Shown here piece by piece: positions 49,372 through 59,334 of a stretch of DNA of 64,000 nucleotides (positions are counted from its first letter, which is position 1; each line of letters begins with the position of its first letter). Location of the stretch: the NCBI GenBank assembly GCA_001000675.1, contig LCHW01000003.1, forward strand, positions 3,873 through 67,872, written 5' to 3'. This DNA comes from Candidatus Wolfebacteria bacterium GW2011_GWE2_44_13 (lineage in GTDB: Bacteria > Patescibacteriota > Minisyncoccia > UBA6257 > UBA9933). The notes beneath the pieces are model-generated. The model did no database searches, had not been told where the DNA came from, and saw only the letters and a list, made by a program, of their open reading frames with translations. The translations under genes were made by a program, and so were the position numbers.

Positions 49372-49483
49372 GCATATATTTGGCGAACTACTTCGTTGCC
49401 ATCTCCGTTTGTTTCCGCGAAGGAGATTTCTCCATCTTAGTCACAATCCTCGCTGGCGCCTCGTATTTCATCCAAATATATGT
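49372..49483 (-). repeat. Dispersed structured element copy F (downstream of serS)
   Basis: catatatttgg/ccaaatatatg terminal IR; core nearly collinear with the rsmA-internal copy. Confidence 0.8.
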
Positions 49484-49492
49484 GTCATGACC

Positions 49493-50815
49493 TCACTTAC
49501 GTCTTTCAATTTTGGCAAATCCCGTGTATTTTTGCAACACCTCAGGAATGAGCACGCTTCCATCTGCTTGTTGATAATTCTCCAATATTGCAATGAAGCT
49601 TCGTGGGCTCGGTAGTGCGGTATTGTTCAACATATACACATACTTTCGATCACCATTCTTATCGATATACTTCACATTCAATCGACGTGACTGCCAATCT
49701 ACAAAATTACTTGCTGATCCCGTCTCCCCCCATCGATTCATTCCTGGCATCCATGCTTCGATGTCGAATGCGCGAAACTTTCCTGCGCTCATATCGCCTG
49801 TACAGATTTGAATCTGTCGATATGGCAATCCAAGTTCTTCGTGCATCTCGCGCGAAACATCCATCATCTCCTGCTGCAATTTATTTGCTTCGTCTTCGTC
49901 TGCCTTTGCAATAACTACCTGCTCAACTTTCATAAATTCGTGCACGCGATACATTCCTTTTGTATCTTTTCCATAGCTCCCGATTTCACTTCGATAGCAC
50001 TGGCTATATCCTGCCAATCGAATTGGAAGCTGCTCTTCTTTTAATACTTCGTCAGAATAGTATGCAAGCAACGAAGGCTCAGAGGTGCCTACTAAAAACT
50101 TTTTATCTTTTGTGGTCGAGCCTTCGGAATCCTTGTCCGCTGATGCGACCTGATAAATTTCATCGATTTCTGGGTCATATTCCAACCCCTTGAAATATCC
50201 GCTACCGAATAGTGAGAATCCTTTTACCAGTGTTGGGGGAATCATTGGTGTGTACCCCTTCTGCACCATTTTGTTAACCGCATACATCATCAACGCCATC
50301 ACCAACTGCATACCCTCATTCTTTAAATAATATCCTCGATATCCACTTATCTTTGCGCCTTTTTCAAAGTCCACTAAATCAAGATCTTCCGCAAGTTGTA
50401 CGTGATCCTTTGGTTCGAAGTCAAATTTCTTTTGCTCGCCCCAGCGATATATTTCTACGTTTTCATCTTCACTTGTGCCAATCGGCGTGTCACTTGATGG
50501 AACGGTTGGTACGCGAACCATTAGCTCGTCAAACGTCTGCTTTGCTTCGCGATAGCTTGGCTCCGCCTCTGCGAGTTCATCTTTTACCTTTTTTCCTTCC
50601 TCAATAATCGGATTTCGTTCTTCCTGCGTTTTTGCGGTCTTCATCTTCTCATTGAGTTCATTCTTTAATGCACTCAACTTTTCTACTTTCTGCTGCAAAT
50701 CAACACGAACTTTATCCGCTTCCAATACTGCATCCAAATCCAAGGCAATTCTCTTGTTTTTTATCGCTGCACGCATCTCTTCTTGGTGCTCACGAATAAA
50801 CTTAATGTCTACCAT
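49493..50815 (-). CDS. serS: Seryl-tRNA synthetase
   Basis: N-terminal coiled coil, GTSE, CYRSE.G..G.DT.G..RVHEF.K.E, LNNT. Confidence 0.96.
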   Translation of the reverse strand: MVDIKFIREHQEEMRAAIKNKRIALDLDAVLEADKVRVDLQQKVEKLSALKNELNEKMKTAKTQEERNPIIEEGKKVKDELAEAEPSYREAKQTFDELMVRVPTVPSSDTPIGTSEDENVEIYRWGEQKKFDFEPKDHVQLAEDLDLVDFEKGAKISGYRGYYLKNEGMQLVMALMMYAVNKMVQKGYTPMIPPTLVKGFSLFGSGYFKGLEYDPEIDEIYQVASADKDSEGSTTKDKKFLVGTSEPSLLAYYSDEVLKEEQLPIRLAGYSQCYRSEIGSYGKDTKGMYRVHEFMKVEQVVIAKADEDEANKLQQEMMDVSREMHEELGLPYRQIQICTGDMSAGKFRAFDIEAWMPGMNRWGETGSASNFVDWQSRRLNVKYIDKNGDRKYVYMLNNTALPSPRSFIAILENYQQADGSVLIPEVLQKYTGFAKIERRK

Positions 50816-50903
50816 AATATGGCAATTGTACGTCAGAAAAGCCTAAAAATAAAGGGGTGTTGGCAAATAGCGTCGGCATGCAGTACAATTATTCCATACC
50901 AGT

Positions 50904-52016
50904 ATGTTAGCACTCTACCGAAAATACCGCCCAAAGCGGTTCGAGGACGTTCTTGGACAAGAATCCATAGTCCGAATTATTAGAAATGCTGCTAAAACAG
51001 ACCGTCTTAGCCACGCCTATCTTTTTTACGGCGCACGCGGATCAGGGAAAACCTCCATGGCGCGACTTATCGCAAAAATTGCGAACTGCCAAAAAAGACA
51101 ATCCGACCCTGCGTTTAAGCAACTCGGAGAACCTTGCAATAGCTGCCAAGCATGTATTGAGATCGATAGCGGCAATGCTATGGATATTATCGAAATCGAT
51201 GCGGCTTCAACCCGTGGTATTGATGATATTCGTAGCCTTAAAGAAGGCGCACTTCTCTCCCCTTCTTCGTATGCATACAAAGTGTTTATTATCGATGAAG
51301 TCCATCAGCTAAGTAAGGACGCATTTAATGCACTTTTGAAAATTCTTGAAGAACCCCCACAACACGCTATCTTCATTCTCGCAACCACTGAATACGAAAA
51401 AGTTCCTCCAACCATCGCATCACGCGCACAACGATTCCATTTCAAAAAAATACCACTCAAGGAATTAGTAGAAAAATTGAAAAAGATTGTTGCCGAAGAA
51501 TCTATCACGTTCGAAGAGGAGGCAATTGAACTAATTGCGGCAGGTGCAGATGGAAGTTTCCGTGACGCCGAATCGCTTCTCGACCAGATTGCGGCAATGG
51601 AAGAAACTATTACTGTTGAAAGTGTTGAGCGGATTCTAGGTCGCGTTGCATTCTCACGCGTAAGCGATCTTGTCGATCTTATTATCGCCAATGATCTTGC
51701 GGCCGCACTTGCCAATATCAATACTGTTCATGAGGACGGCTACAACATTGTTCAATTTGCAAAAGATCTCATCCATTACTATCGCCGCGTGTTGGCAATT
51801 CGCTTTAGTCCTAAGCTTGAGCATGACTTCCGTCAACTCTATACTGCACGAGAGGTAGACACAATTCTCCGTCACAGCAAAGTTATCGATGAGCGATCGA
51901 CTATTGCGTTGATAAAAGCGCTTATCGTTGCCTATACGGAAATGCGCTACAGCCCGTTTGCAATTGTTCCACTTGAACTCGCACTTATCGAAAACATAAA
52001 AACCCACTCAAGCTGA
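50904..52016 (+). CDS. dnaX: DNA polymerase III subunit gamma/tau
   Basis: LYRKYRP, GARGSGKT, Cys zinc motif, EIDAAS, IIDEVH, LLKILEEPP. Confidence 0.95.
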   Translation: MLALYRKYRPKRFEDVLGQESIVRIIRNAAKTDRLSHAYLFYGARGSGKTSMARLIAKIANCQKRQSDPAFKQLGEPCNSCQACIEIDSGNAMDIIEIDAASTRGIDDIRSLKEGALLSPSSYAYKVFIIDEVHQLSKDAFNALLKILEEPPQHAIFILATTEYEKVPPTIASRAQRFHFKKIPLKELVEKLKKIVAEESITFEEEAIELIAAGADGSFRDAESLLDQIAAMEETITVESVERILGRVAFSRVSDLVDLIIANDLAAALANINTVHEDGYNIVQFAKDLIHYYRRVLAIRFSPKLEHDFRQLYTAREVDTILRHSKVIDERSTIALIKALIVAYTEMRYSPFAIVPLELALIENIKTHSS

Positions 52017-52034
52017 GTGGGTTTTTATGTTTTC
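51990..52034. terminator. Bidirectional terminator overlapping the dnaX stop
   Basis: gaaaacataaaaacccactca-agc-tgagtgggtttttatgttttc. Confidence 0.75.
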
Positions 52035-52040
52035 TTATTG

Positions 52041-52361
52041 TTATTCAACGATAACTGCTGTTCCGCTCATGTTTACCATAAGCATACTTGACCCTTTCCC
52101 TACAGTTTCATAATCAAAATCTACTCCGATAACCGCATTGGCTCCTAATTTTTCTGCCTGTTGCATCAGCTCATTGGTCGCGAATTTTCTTGCATTAACG
52201 AGCTCTTTTTCATACGCAGCCGACCTTCCCCCTACAATATCCCGAATACCTGCGAAAAGATCTCTGAAGATATTCGCTCCGACAATTGCATCTCCTGTAA
52301 CAATGCCGAGATACTGCGTAACTTTTTTCCCTTCCACTGTTGTCCCTGTTGTTAAAATCAT
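52041..52361 (-). CDS. YbjQ/UPF0145 family protein
   Basis: [21 protein letters not shown]. Confidence 0.9.
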   Translation of the reverse strand: MILTTGTTVEGKKVTQYLGIVTGDAIVGANIFRDLFAGIRDIVGGRSAAYEKELVNARKFATNELMQQAEKLGANAVIGVDFDYETVGKGSSMLMVNMSGTAVIVE

Positions 52362-52440
52362 TTTTGTTTTTAATTAGTATGTGAAACGAGTACTATTTTT
52401 TCGAATAAAAATACTTCCTATGGAAGTATTTTTATTTTAC

Positions 52441-52662
52441 TTACAATTCGTTAATCGCTGCATCAACATCTTTAAACTCTTCATCTATATCTCCAATGTT
52501 GATATCCGCAAGATCTTCTTGAATTGCATCGGTTGTATCGATTGGCATTGCACTTTCCTGTGGCTCTGGAGCTTCTGCCTTTTTCATATCACTCCACCAG
52601 ACAAAACCGATAATGGCCACGAGAATAACTACTGCGATAATTATGTAATTCTTTTTTGTCAT
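52441..52662 (-). CDS. Small membrane-anchored protein with acidic C-terminal helix
   Basis: TM followed by DAIQEDLADINIGDIDEEF. Confidence 0.65.
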   Translation of the reverse strand: MTKKNYIIIAVVILVAIIGFVWWSDMKKAEAPEPQESAMPIDTTDAIQEDLADINIGDIDEEFKDVDAAINEL

Positions 52663-52674
52663 ACAAATATACTA

Positions 52675-53646
52675 TTAATTATTAGTTGAGGTACTTGTTG
52701 TGGCGGTTGAAGTTGCGGCAGGAGCTACATCAACTGTATTTATGCCAGAAATCTTTGCCAAATCGGTCGCTACCTTTCGAATTGCTTCGTGCGCTGCTTT
52801 TACCACGTCCTGCACTCCTTTTAAGTCTGCCTGCAATACTTGCCTTGTCTTCCCTACATCGGTTCGTAATGCGCTTTCACTATTTACCGTTGGTACATAT
52901 GTCTTTGCTGTCTGCGTTGCGATTGCAGTACGTGCACTTGCAATTGCTGTTTGTGCGACAGCTATCCCTGCCTTTACACTCACAACATCCTTTCCCGCCT
53001 GTTCTGCCTTCGCTACACGAGAACTAACATTCTCTAGTATCTTTTCTAGCTGATTAAGTACGTTAGAAAAATGTGCCAATTTGTCTACATTAATTTTTTC
53101 TAACTGCTTATCGATTGCCTCTACCGTAGATCGCTTTTTCTCATCCTTGATTGTTTTGAGCTTTTCTTTTAGCTGTGTGCGATTTGCTTCGATGGCTTTT
53201 TTTGCTTCTTCTCGCCTCGCCTCTACTGTTGTTTTAAATTCTTCTCTTCGAGTTTCAATGGCTTTTTTGGTTTCTTCCATTTTTTGCTTCACCGCCTCTC
53301 GCTGCTCTTCAATGGATTTCCTGACTTCTACGCGCGTTGACGTTGCAACACCCTTAAGCTCTCCCCGCTTTTCTTGTATTTCTTTTTTCGTCTCCTGCTG
53401 CAATGTTCGCGCTTCTGTCTTTACTGCCTCGTTCACTTTCTGTGCCTCCTTGCGCAAGTAGTCTGCTTGCTGTATTGCATCCTGCCTAATTGCCTTATTT
53501 GCTTCTCCGGCATTGCGAATCATCTCCTGCCGAATTGGCCTTGGAGCTGTTGTTGATGAACTTGTCGCAGATGTTTGCGCTTCTTGTGCCGATACCTGCC
53601 CTGCGGATAGCAGTATCGCCACGATTGCAATGGTGTATTTATTCAT
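52675..53646 (-). CDS. Secreted long coiled-coil protein
   Basis: Signal peptide, E/K/R-rich heptads, SRVAK...GKD and AHEA motifs, Thr/Ser tail. Confidence 0.7.
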   Translation of the reverse strand: MNKYTIAIVAILLSAGQVSAQEAQTSATSSSTTAPRPIRQEMIRNAGEANKAIRQDAIQQADYLRKEAQKVNEAVKTEARTLQQETKKEIQEKRGELKGVATSTRVEVRKSIEEQREAVKQKMEETKKAIETRREEFKTTVEARREEAKKAIEANRTQLKEKLKTIKDEKKRSTVEAIDKQLEKINVDKLAHFSNVLNQLEKILENVSSRVAKAEQAGKDVVSVKAGIAVAQTAIASARTAIATQTAKTYVPTVNSESALRTDVGKTRQVLQADLKGVQDVVKAAHEAIRKVATDLAKISGINTVDVAPAATSTATTSTSTNN

Positions 53647-53759
53647 ACCATTATTATACTCCTTTTTACTTTTTTATTGCATATACTTATCCACATCCCC
53701 TCTTGTTATATATTTCGAACACCGATTATGGTATAATTTAATACATAATCGGTGTTCAT

Positions 53760-54449
53760 ATGGATTACGCAGCGCTAAAAACTCAAGCGATCAATTTACG
53801 GAAAGAAGGCTTCACCTACTCTGAAATACTCAAGCAAATTCCCGTAGCAAAGTCTACGCTTTCTTTATGGTTACAAGATATTGGATTATCTAAAAAGCAG
53901 ACTCACCGAATAACCACCAAGCAACTCATCGCCGCACAGCGAGGAGGCGAGGCTAAGCGGCAACAACGTATTACAAGAACCGAGCAGATACATAAGGACG
54001 CGCTAAAGGATATTGGGGTAATTTCTAAACGCGAGCTTTGGCTTATCGGCGTAATGCTTTATTGGGCCGAGGGGTCTAAGGAAAAATCACACCATTTCGG
54101 GTCGGGGGTTCGCTTTACTAATTCCGACGCTGCAATGATTCGCCTATTTCTTCGGTGGCTTGCAGATATCTGTAATATCGAAAAGCAACATATTATCTTT
54201 GATATAACTATTCATACGAACCATAAGCACCGCACGCCCGATATAATCCAGTATTGGGCAAATAAAACCGGATATGATCCTGAATACTTTACCCATATTT
54301 ATTACAAACAGGGTAACCCAAAAACCAACCGCACGAATGTCGGCGAGTCGTACTATGGTATTATTCGTATCAGCGTGCGTGCAAGCTCGACACTTCTTCG
54401 CAGGATTGCAGGATGGACAAAGGGTGTGATAGAATGGGCTGAGCAATAA
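53760..54449 (+). CDS. HTH plus LAGLIDADG-like domain protein
   Basis: LRKEG.TYSEI...VAKSTLS.W HTH; LYWAEG followed by F.NSD. Confidence 0.7.
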   Translation: MDYAALKTQAINLRKEGFTYSEILKQIPVAKSTLSLWLQDIGLSKKQTHRITTKQLIAAQRGGEAKRQQRITRTEQIHKDALKDIGVISKRELWLIGVMLYWAEGSKEKSHHFGSGVRFTNSDAAMIRLFLRWLADICNIEKQHIIFDITIHTNHKHRTPDIIQYWANKTGYDPEYFTHIYYKQGNPKTNRTNVGESYYGIIRISVRASSTLLRRIAGWTKGVIEWAEQ

Positions 54450-54454
54450 CCTAA

Positions 54455-54525
54455 TGCTGGGTCGTCTAATGGTAGGACTCGGGACTTTGAATCCCGCTAT
54501 TTAGGTTCGAATCCTAGCCCAGCAG
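54455..54525 (+). tRNA. tRNA-Gln(TTG)
   Basis: tgctgggtcgtctaatggtagga..cggga-ctttgaa-tcccg..ggttcgaatcc..cccagcag. Confidence 0.92.
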
Positions 54526-54581
54526 CATTAATGTTCACCAACAAAAAACAGCCCTTTGGGCTGTTTTTTGACTAGCGATTC

Positions 54582-54803
54582 TTATGCCGCTATTTCTTCT
54601 TCTGTTGCAGGAGCTTCAGCTTCTGCTACTGGGGCAGCTTCTTCGGATACAGGAGCTTCTTCGGCTACTGCAGGAGTTTCTGCAGCTGCTTCTTCGGCTA
54701 CAGGAGCTTCACCTACGGTCTCTTCTACTGCAACCATATCGATTTCGCACGCTTCACACCTAATTCCTTCTGAAGTTGCTTCGCAATTTGTACACTTGTT
54801 CAT
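54582..54803 (-). CDS. Small CxxC-CxxC protein with Glu/Ala/Pro acidic tail
   Basis: CTNC...CEAC plus EEAP repeats; terminator downstream. Confidence 0.6.
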   Translation of the reverse strand: MNKCTNCEATSEGIRCEACEIDMVAVEETVGEAPVAEEAAAETPAVAEEAPVSEEAAPVAEAEAPATEEEIAA

Positions 54804-54948
54804 ATTGTTTTTATATTTTTTTAAGGGTAATTACTATCACCACTTGCATTACTTTTCGAAGGCAATAGCGTACCATAACACATAAACTCGTGAAAGCAAA
54901 CCGCCCTTGTTTATTTCATTACCTATTATGTGGTATCCTTATTATACT

Positions 54949-55422
54949 ATGGAACATAAAACTGAGTTATTTACTTTTTTAAAGTCTCAAAATCTTATGT
55001 CGCTTGCAACCTTTGGAGATACTATCTCCAACTGTTATATTTACTTTGCTATCGATGAAGATTTTAACATGTATTTTATTAGCGAGCCAGACAGCACGCA
55101 TTGTAAAAATATCGCGATTCATAATCAAGTTGCCTGTGTCGTTGCTGACTCTCATCAACTTGTACGCTCAAAGAAGATCGGCGCCCAAATACTTGGCGTC
55201 GTCGAAGACGTTAGTGGAATCGACAGATTTGAAGCTATCCTTGAACTTTGGAATTCGACTAATCCAGGTATGGAATCGCTTATCAGTATTAATAATTTCC
55301 GAAACAAGATTCTTAATTCTCGAGCATACAAAATACGTCCAACAGAAATAAAGTTCTTTAATGAAGAACTGTACGGAGAAGAAGGGTTTGAAATACTTTC
55401 GCTTGATCAGTCTAAAAAATAA
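54949..55422 (+). CDS. Pyridoxamine 5'-phosphate oxidase-like FMN-binding split barrel protein
   Basis: MSLAT, YF.S...S.H.KNI..N.QVA motifs; start set at MEHK. Confidence 0.75.
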   Translation: MEHKTELFTFLKSQNLMSLATFGDTISNCYIYFAIDEDFNMYFISEPDSTHCKNIAIHNQVACVVADSHQLVRSKKIGAQILGVVEDVSGIDRFEAILELWNSTNPGMESLISINNFRNKILNSRAYKIRPTEIKFFNEELYGEEGFEILSLDQSKK

Positions 55423-55472
55423 TATTGCATTCCATAAAACTCCCGCCAATTGGCGGGAGTTTTATGTATTTC

Positions 55473-58187
55473 TTATTTTCCTTCGCTTTTCCCCTCGGCC
55501 TCCATTGGTGCCACTGGTAACAATATAGTGAATGTACTTCCTTCATTCACTATGCTCTTTTCAAGTCGAATAGACCCTCCCATTGCTTCCGTAAAAGTTT
55601 TTGCTATGTACAAACCAAGCCCACTTCCATACTCTTTTGTATGCAAGAATGTTTTTTGTACCGTAGAAAATTTTTGGAATAACGTCGCCCTGCTCTCTGG
55701 CGCGATGCCAGCACCTGTATCCGTAATCGATAATTGCACAAAATCCCCATTTGCTTCTTTTGTTGTGCTAATCAAAATAGTTACTCCTCCTTTTTCTGTA
55801 TAGTGTATAGCATTCCCTATAATATTCACAACCACCTGCCTCGTCTTTTCCGAATCCGCAATTATCATTGGAATGCTTGCCTGCGGTTCTTCGAGCTTTA
55901 GAAAAAGCTTTTTCTTTGCCGCAACTGGGCTTAGATCAGCTACTATCTCCTTTGTTAATTGCACAAGATCAAATGTTTCTTTTTCAACGGTGATAGTATT
56001 CCCCTCAAGCTGCATAACGTCGATGAAGTCATGAATAATATCGATAAGCCGGACGCTATTTCGTTGAATTGCAGTGAGTGATTTTATTGTGTCTGCGTTT
56101 TCTGGCTTGTTCTCAGTATCCTGCAGCATTAATTCAGCATTTCCTCGAATAACGGTAAGTGGCGTGCGCATTTCATGCGATGCGATTGCCATAAAATTAT
56201 TCTTTGATTCCGCAAGCATTTTTTGTTCTGCAATCTTTTGTGCAAATTCTTCCGGAGTAATTTTAATATCCGATGCCATTTGCGTATAGATATTACTCAG
56301 CTGTGCTGCTTCTTCTGGAGAAAACAAGCTCTCTTTCTCAAGTACATCTCGAGCTGCAGGACTACCAATAAATCCAGCCAAAATATTTTCTACACTATTC
56401 TCTAAATCAATTAGTGCATTGATTGAAATCACCTTCTTGCCCTCTACTTTCGCTTTTCGGATACATTCGTTTGCCTCCTTTTGCGCCTCTTCCTCACTAA
56501 GATATTTCCCGAACACCGCAACAATAATTTTTCGTTTTGCCTCTAATTCTATGTATTCTTTTTGCGCAATGATTGGTAAAAACGCCTTCTTTCCTCCTCG
56601 TATTATATTAACGATATTATATGCGATACGCTGTTCATCTTCGCTTTGTTTCGTCGCGAGCGACACTAGAACATATAGCCCTACGTTGACCAATACGGTA
56701 AATATAATCGACATCGATAATGGATCGATCGTGGTCACTCCGAATAAATTCTCTGGCCGGAGAAAGCCAACGCCAAACGGACCTTCTAACAACAAAGATT
56801 CCGGCATCCAACCGCTTCGAATAAATGCGGGCATCAGCGATGTGTACCCCCATACTGCAAATCCACCAATCAATCCTACTATTGCTCCAATTCGATTCCC
56901 TCGTTCCCAATATAAGCCCCCAATAACTGCTGGGGCAAATTGCAACACCGCAACAAAAGAAATAATACCAATCTTTACGAGAATATACGATTCCCCTGTT
57001 AAGATTTCAAATACATACCCAAGCGAAAGAATGAGCACCGCGATAAGCCATCGCAACTGTAATAACCATTTTCTTAAGAAACCCAGTATGCTAATTTTTT
57101 CGATCACTGGCACAAGCACGTTATTCGCTACCATTGTCGTTATGGCAACGGTTGAGACCATAATCATACTAAATGCCGCGGAAATGCCGCCCAAAAATAC
57201 CAGCATAGTCAGCCAAGTATTTTCTGCCATTGCAGAAACAAGCAAAATAAATATATCAGCCAACGCAATATCGTACCCTTTTAAAATACCTGCTATTGCA
57301 ATTGGAAATACAAACGCCGTAATAAGAAATAAATACGCTGGCAATGCCCATGCAGCAGTTCGAATGTGTCGCTCATCCGAGTTCTCTACAACTGCCAAAT
57401 GAAACTGTCTCGGAAGGAGCAGGATAGCGAACATCGATATAATAATATACGACAAGAATAGCGAGTACTCAGGCTTCCCTGCATTTACTGCTTCTAGTAA
57501 CTCAGGATTTGCTTGTACTTGCGCTAAAATATCAAACGGTCCATTGAATAGAAAGAACGTAACGAATACCCCTACCGCTAAAAATGCAACCAATTTGATA
57601 ACCGACTGGATAGCAACCACCATTACCATTCCTGGATGCCGTTCTGTCTGCTCCAACTTTCGAAATCCAAACGCGATGGTAAAGATAATGATCATGCCCA
57701 GCATAATCAAACGAATAAACCCGGAATCAAACCCAGCCCCTCCCCCTACCATAAATGAAAACGACTGAAAAATTGCTTTAAATTGTAGTGAAAAATAAGG
57801 CGTTATCCCGATTAACGCAATAAGCGTAGCGATAACTCCAACGCCATAGGAACGGTCGTAGCGTGTTGAAAGGAACCCAGAAATACTTGCTACTCCATAT
57901 TCATTTTTTATTTTTACCAGCTTTCGAATAACTGGCCACCCAAAAAGCATTGCGAGTGTCGGCCCAATATAAATACCAAGAAATGCATAGCTCGTTGTTG
58001 CCGCCAATCCTACGTTTCCATAAAACGTCCATGCCGTTGCATAAATCGCAAGCGATAGCGTATAAATTATTGCGTTATTTGTCAGGTTCTTTCCTTGCTC
58101 ATATTTACGTTCAACATATACAGCGATTGCGAACAACGCAACAAAATATGCTGCCAATATTCCAATAATTGTAGTTAGATTAACCAT
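55473..58187 (-). CDS. Na+/solute symporter (SLC5)-histidine kinase fusion (CrbS/CbrA-like)
   Basis: YTLSLAIYATAWTFYG.VG, PRQFH..VVEN, QFAPA..GGLYW; C-terminal SHEMRTPL, DTGAGI, GSGLGL. Confidence 0.88.
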   Translation of the reverse strand: MVNLTTIIGILAAYFVALFAIAVYVERKYEQGKNLTNNAIIYTLSLAIYATAWTFYGNVGLAATTSYAFLGIYIGPTLAMLFGWPVIRKLVKIKNEYGVASISGFLSTRYDRSYGVGVIATLIALIGITPYFSLQFKAIFQSFSFMVGGGAGFDSGFIRLIMLGMIIIFTIAFGFRKLEQTERHPGMVMVVAIQSVIKLVAFLAVGVFVTFFLFNGPFDILAQVQANPELLEAVNAGKPEYSLFLSYIIISMFAILLLPRQFHLAVVENSDERHIRTAAWALPAYLFLITAFVFPIAIAGILKGYDIALADIFILLVSAMAENTWLTMLVFLGGISAAFSMIMVSTVAITTMVANNVLVPVIEKISILGFLRKWLLQLRWLIAVLILSLGYVFEILTGESYILVKIGIISFVAVLQFAPAVIGGLYWERGNRIGAIVGLIGGFAVWGYTSLMPAFIRSGWMPESLLLEGPFGVGFLRPENLFGVTTIDPLSMSIIFTVLVNVGLYVLVSLATKQSEDEQRIAYNIVNIIRGGKKAFLPIIAQKEYIELEAKRKIIVAVFGKYLSEEEAQKEANECIRKAKVEGKKVISINALIDLENSVENILAGFIGSPAARDVLEKESLFSPEEAAQLSNIYTQMASDIKITPEEFAQKIAEQKMLAESKNNFMAIASHEMRTPLTVIRGNAELMLQDTENKPENADTIKSLTAIQRNSVRLIDIIHDFIDVMQLEGNTITVEKETFDLVQLTKEIVADLSPVAAKKKLFLKLEEPQASIPMIIADSEKTRQVVVNIIGNAIHYTEKGGVTILISTTKEANGDFVQLSITDTGAGIAPESRATLFQKFSTVQKTFLHTKEYGSGLGLYIAKTFTEAMGGSIRLEKSIVNEGSTFTILLPVAPMEAEGKSEGK

Positions 58188-58425
58188 TATTCTTGCTATC
58201 GTTAGAATCGTCTTTATTGCGACTTCCTATCATGAGCACGAGAATGCATAATCCCCAAACTGCAAATAAATACGTAAACGGCACAACATAATCAACCTGC
58301 TCAAGAAAAGACATATATGGCCAACTAAACACGATTACAAAAAAAACAAGGATGAATAACCTATACGCATTCGTATCGATCATCTTCGCGATTTTTGTGA
58401 GCTTATTTAGTTTCAGGTCGTCCAT
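58180..58425 (-). CDS. Small 2-TM protein translationally coupled to the SLC5-kinase
   Basis: 8-bp overlap; WP...YLF.VW...I pattern. Confidence 0.6.
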   Translation of the reverse strand: MDDLKLNKLTKIAKMIDTNAYRLFILVFFVIVFSWPYMSFLEQVDYVVPFTYLFAVWGLCILVLMIGSRNKDDSNDSKNNG

Positions 58426-58533
58426 ATGCCATTACACTTCCCTATTTTAATTATCAATAGTATACCATATTTATTGTTTCATATAAAAAACACTAGGGTG
58501 CACGCGCATCCTAGTGTTTTTTATTATTTGTAT

Positions 58534-58905
58534 TTAGCGAACAAACATCATCGGCACTCCTTCACCTGCTCCGCTCATCATACCCCCACGATAATATGCA
58601 CCGGAGTTTATTCCTCCCCCTCGCTGCATCATGTTATACCGTTCTTGCGTTGCGTATGATCCACGATTTGTTCCGTAGCCACTATTACGCATACCTTCCT
58701 TGAATTCTCCTACTTTTATCCCCGCGAGAAAAATGAACACTATGATCAAAATTCCAAGAATCCAACGCATGTGATAATACCGACCACCGCAATGCATGCC
58801 ATACATTTTCTGGCACCCTGTACATGCCCCGCGTCGGTCTTCACCCTCGCGTCGATCACACATCCCTCCCATACACATTCCTCCTTGTTGTTCTTTATTT
58901 TCCAT
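58534..58905 (-). CDS. Hypothetical single-TM protein (Cys/Met/Gly-rich)
   Basis: TM ending in G.KVGE; downstream hairpin terminator. Confidence 0.55.
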   Translation of the reverse strand: MENKEQQGGMCMGGMCDRREGEDRRGACTGCQKMYGMHCGGRYYHMRWILGILIIVFIFLAGIKVGEFKEGMRNSGYGTNRGSYATQERYNMMQRGGGINSGAYYRGGMMSGAGEGVPMMFVR

Positions 58906-59057
58906 GTTGTTTATTATGTTATATAAACGACCTTTTATATAGTATATCCTTTTTTAAACCATTCTTCACGCCCGCCCCCTTCTTTCTCTGATGCCTTTCT
59001 CTTTTTTATGCTATACTTATAAAAAGGTCGGGTATATCTAATGCTATTTATCCAATC

Positions 59058-59291
59058 ATGAAAACACTTCATTATATTGCGTTCACACTGCTTGTAGTCG
59101 GCGGCCTTAACTGGCTTCTCGTCGGGCTGCTTAAGTGGGACGTAGGAATGCTGTTCGGTGGTCAGGAAGCAATTGTTTCCCGCATCATCTATGTTCTTGT
59201 TGGTCTTTCTGCCATCACCATCTTGGCGACACACAGAAAGGACTGTAAAACCTGTATGGGCGAAATGCCTATGCCAGAGAATAAGATGTAA
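59058..59291 (+). CDS. DUF378 family small membrane protein
   Basis: LLVVGGLNW.LVG...IYVLVGLSA. Confidence 0.85.
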   Translation: MKTLHYIAFTLLVVGGLNWLLVGLLKWDVGMLFGGQEAIVSRIIYVLVGLSAITILATHRKDCKTCMGEMPMPENKM

Positions 59292-59334
59292 TACCTTGTT
59301 CTATAAAATAACCCGTCATTCGACGGGTTATTTT

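Noticed and set aside
56419-57402. Long plus-strand ORF (327 aa) and many similar antisense ORFs
   Set aside because: Shadow frames opposite well-supported genes, with no family motifs
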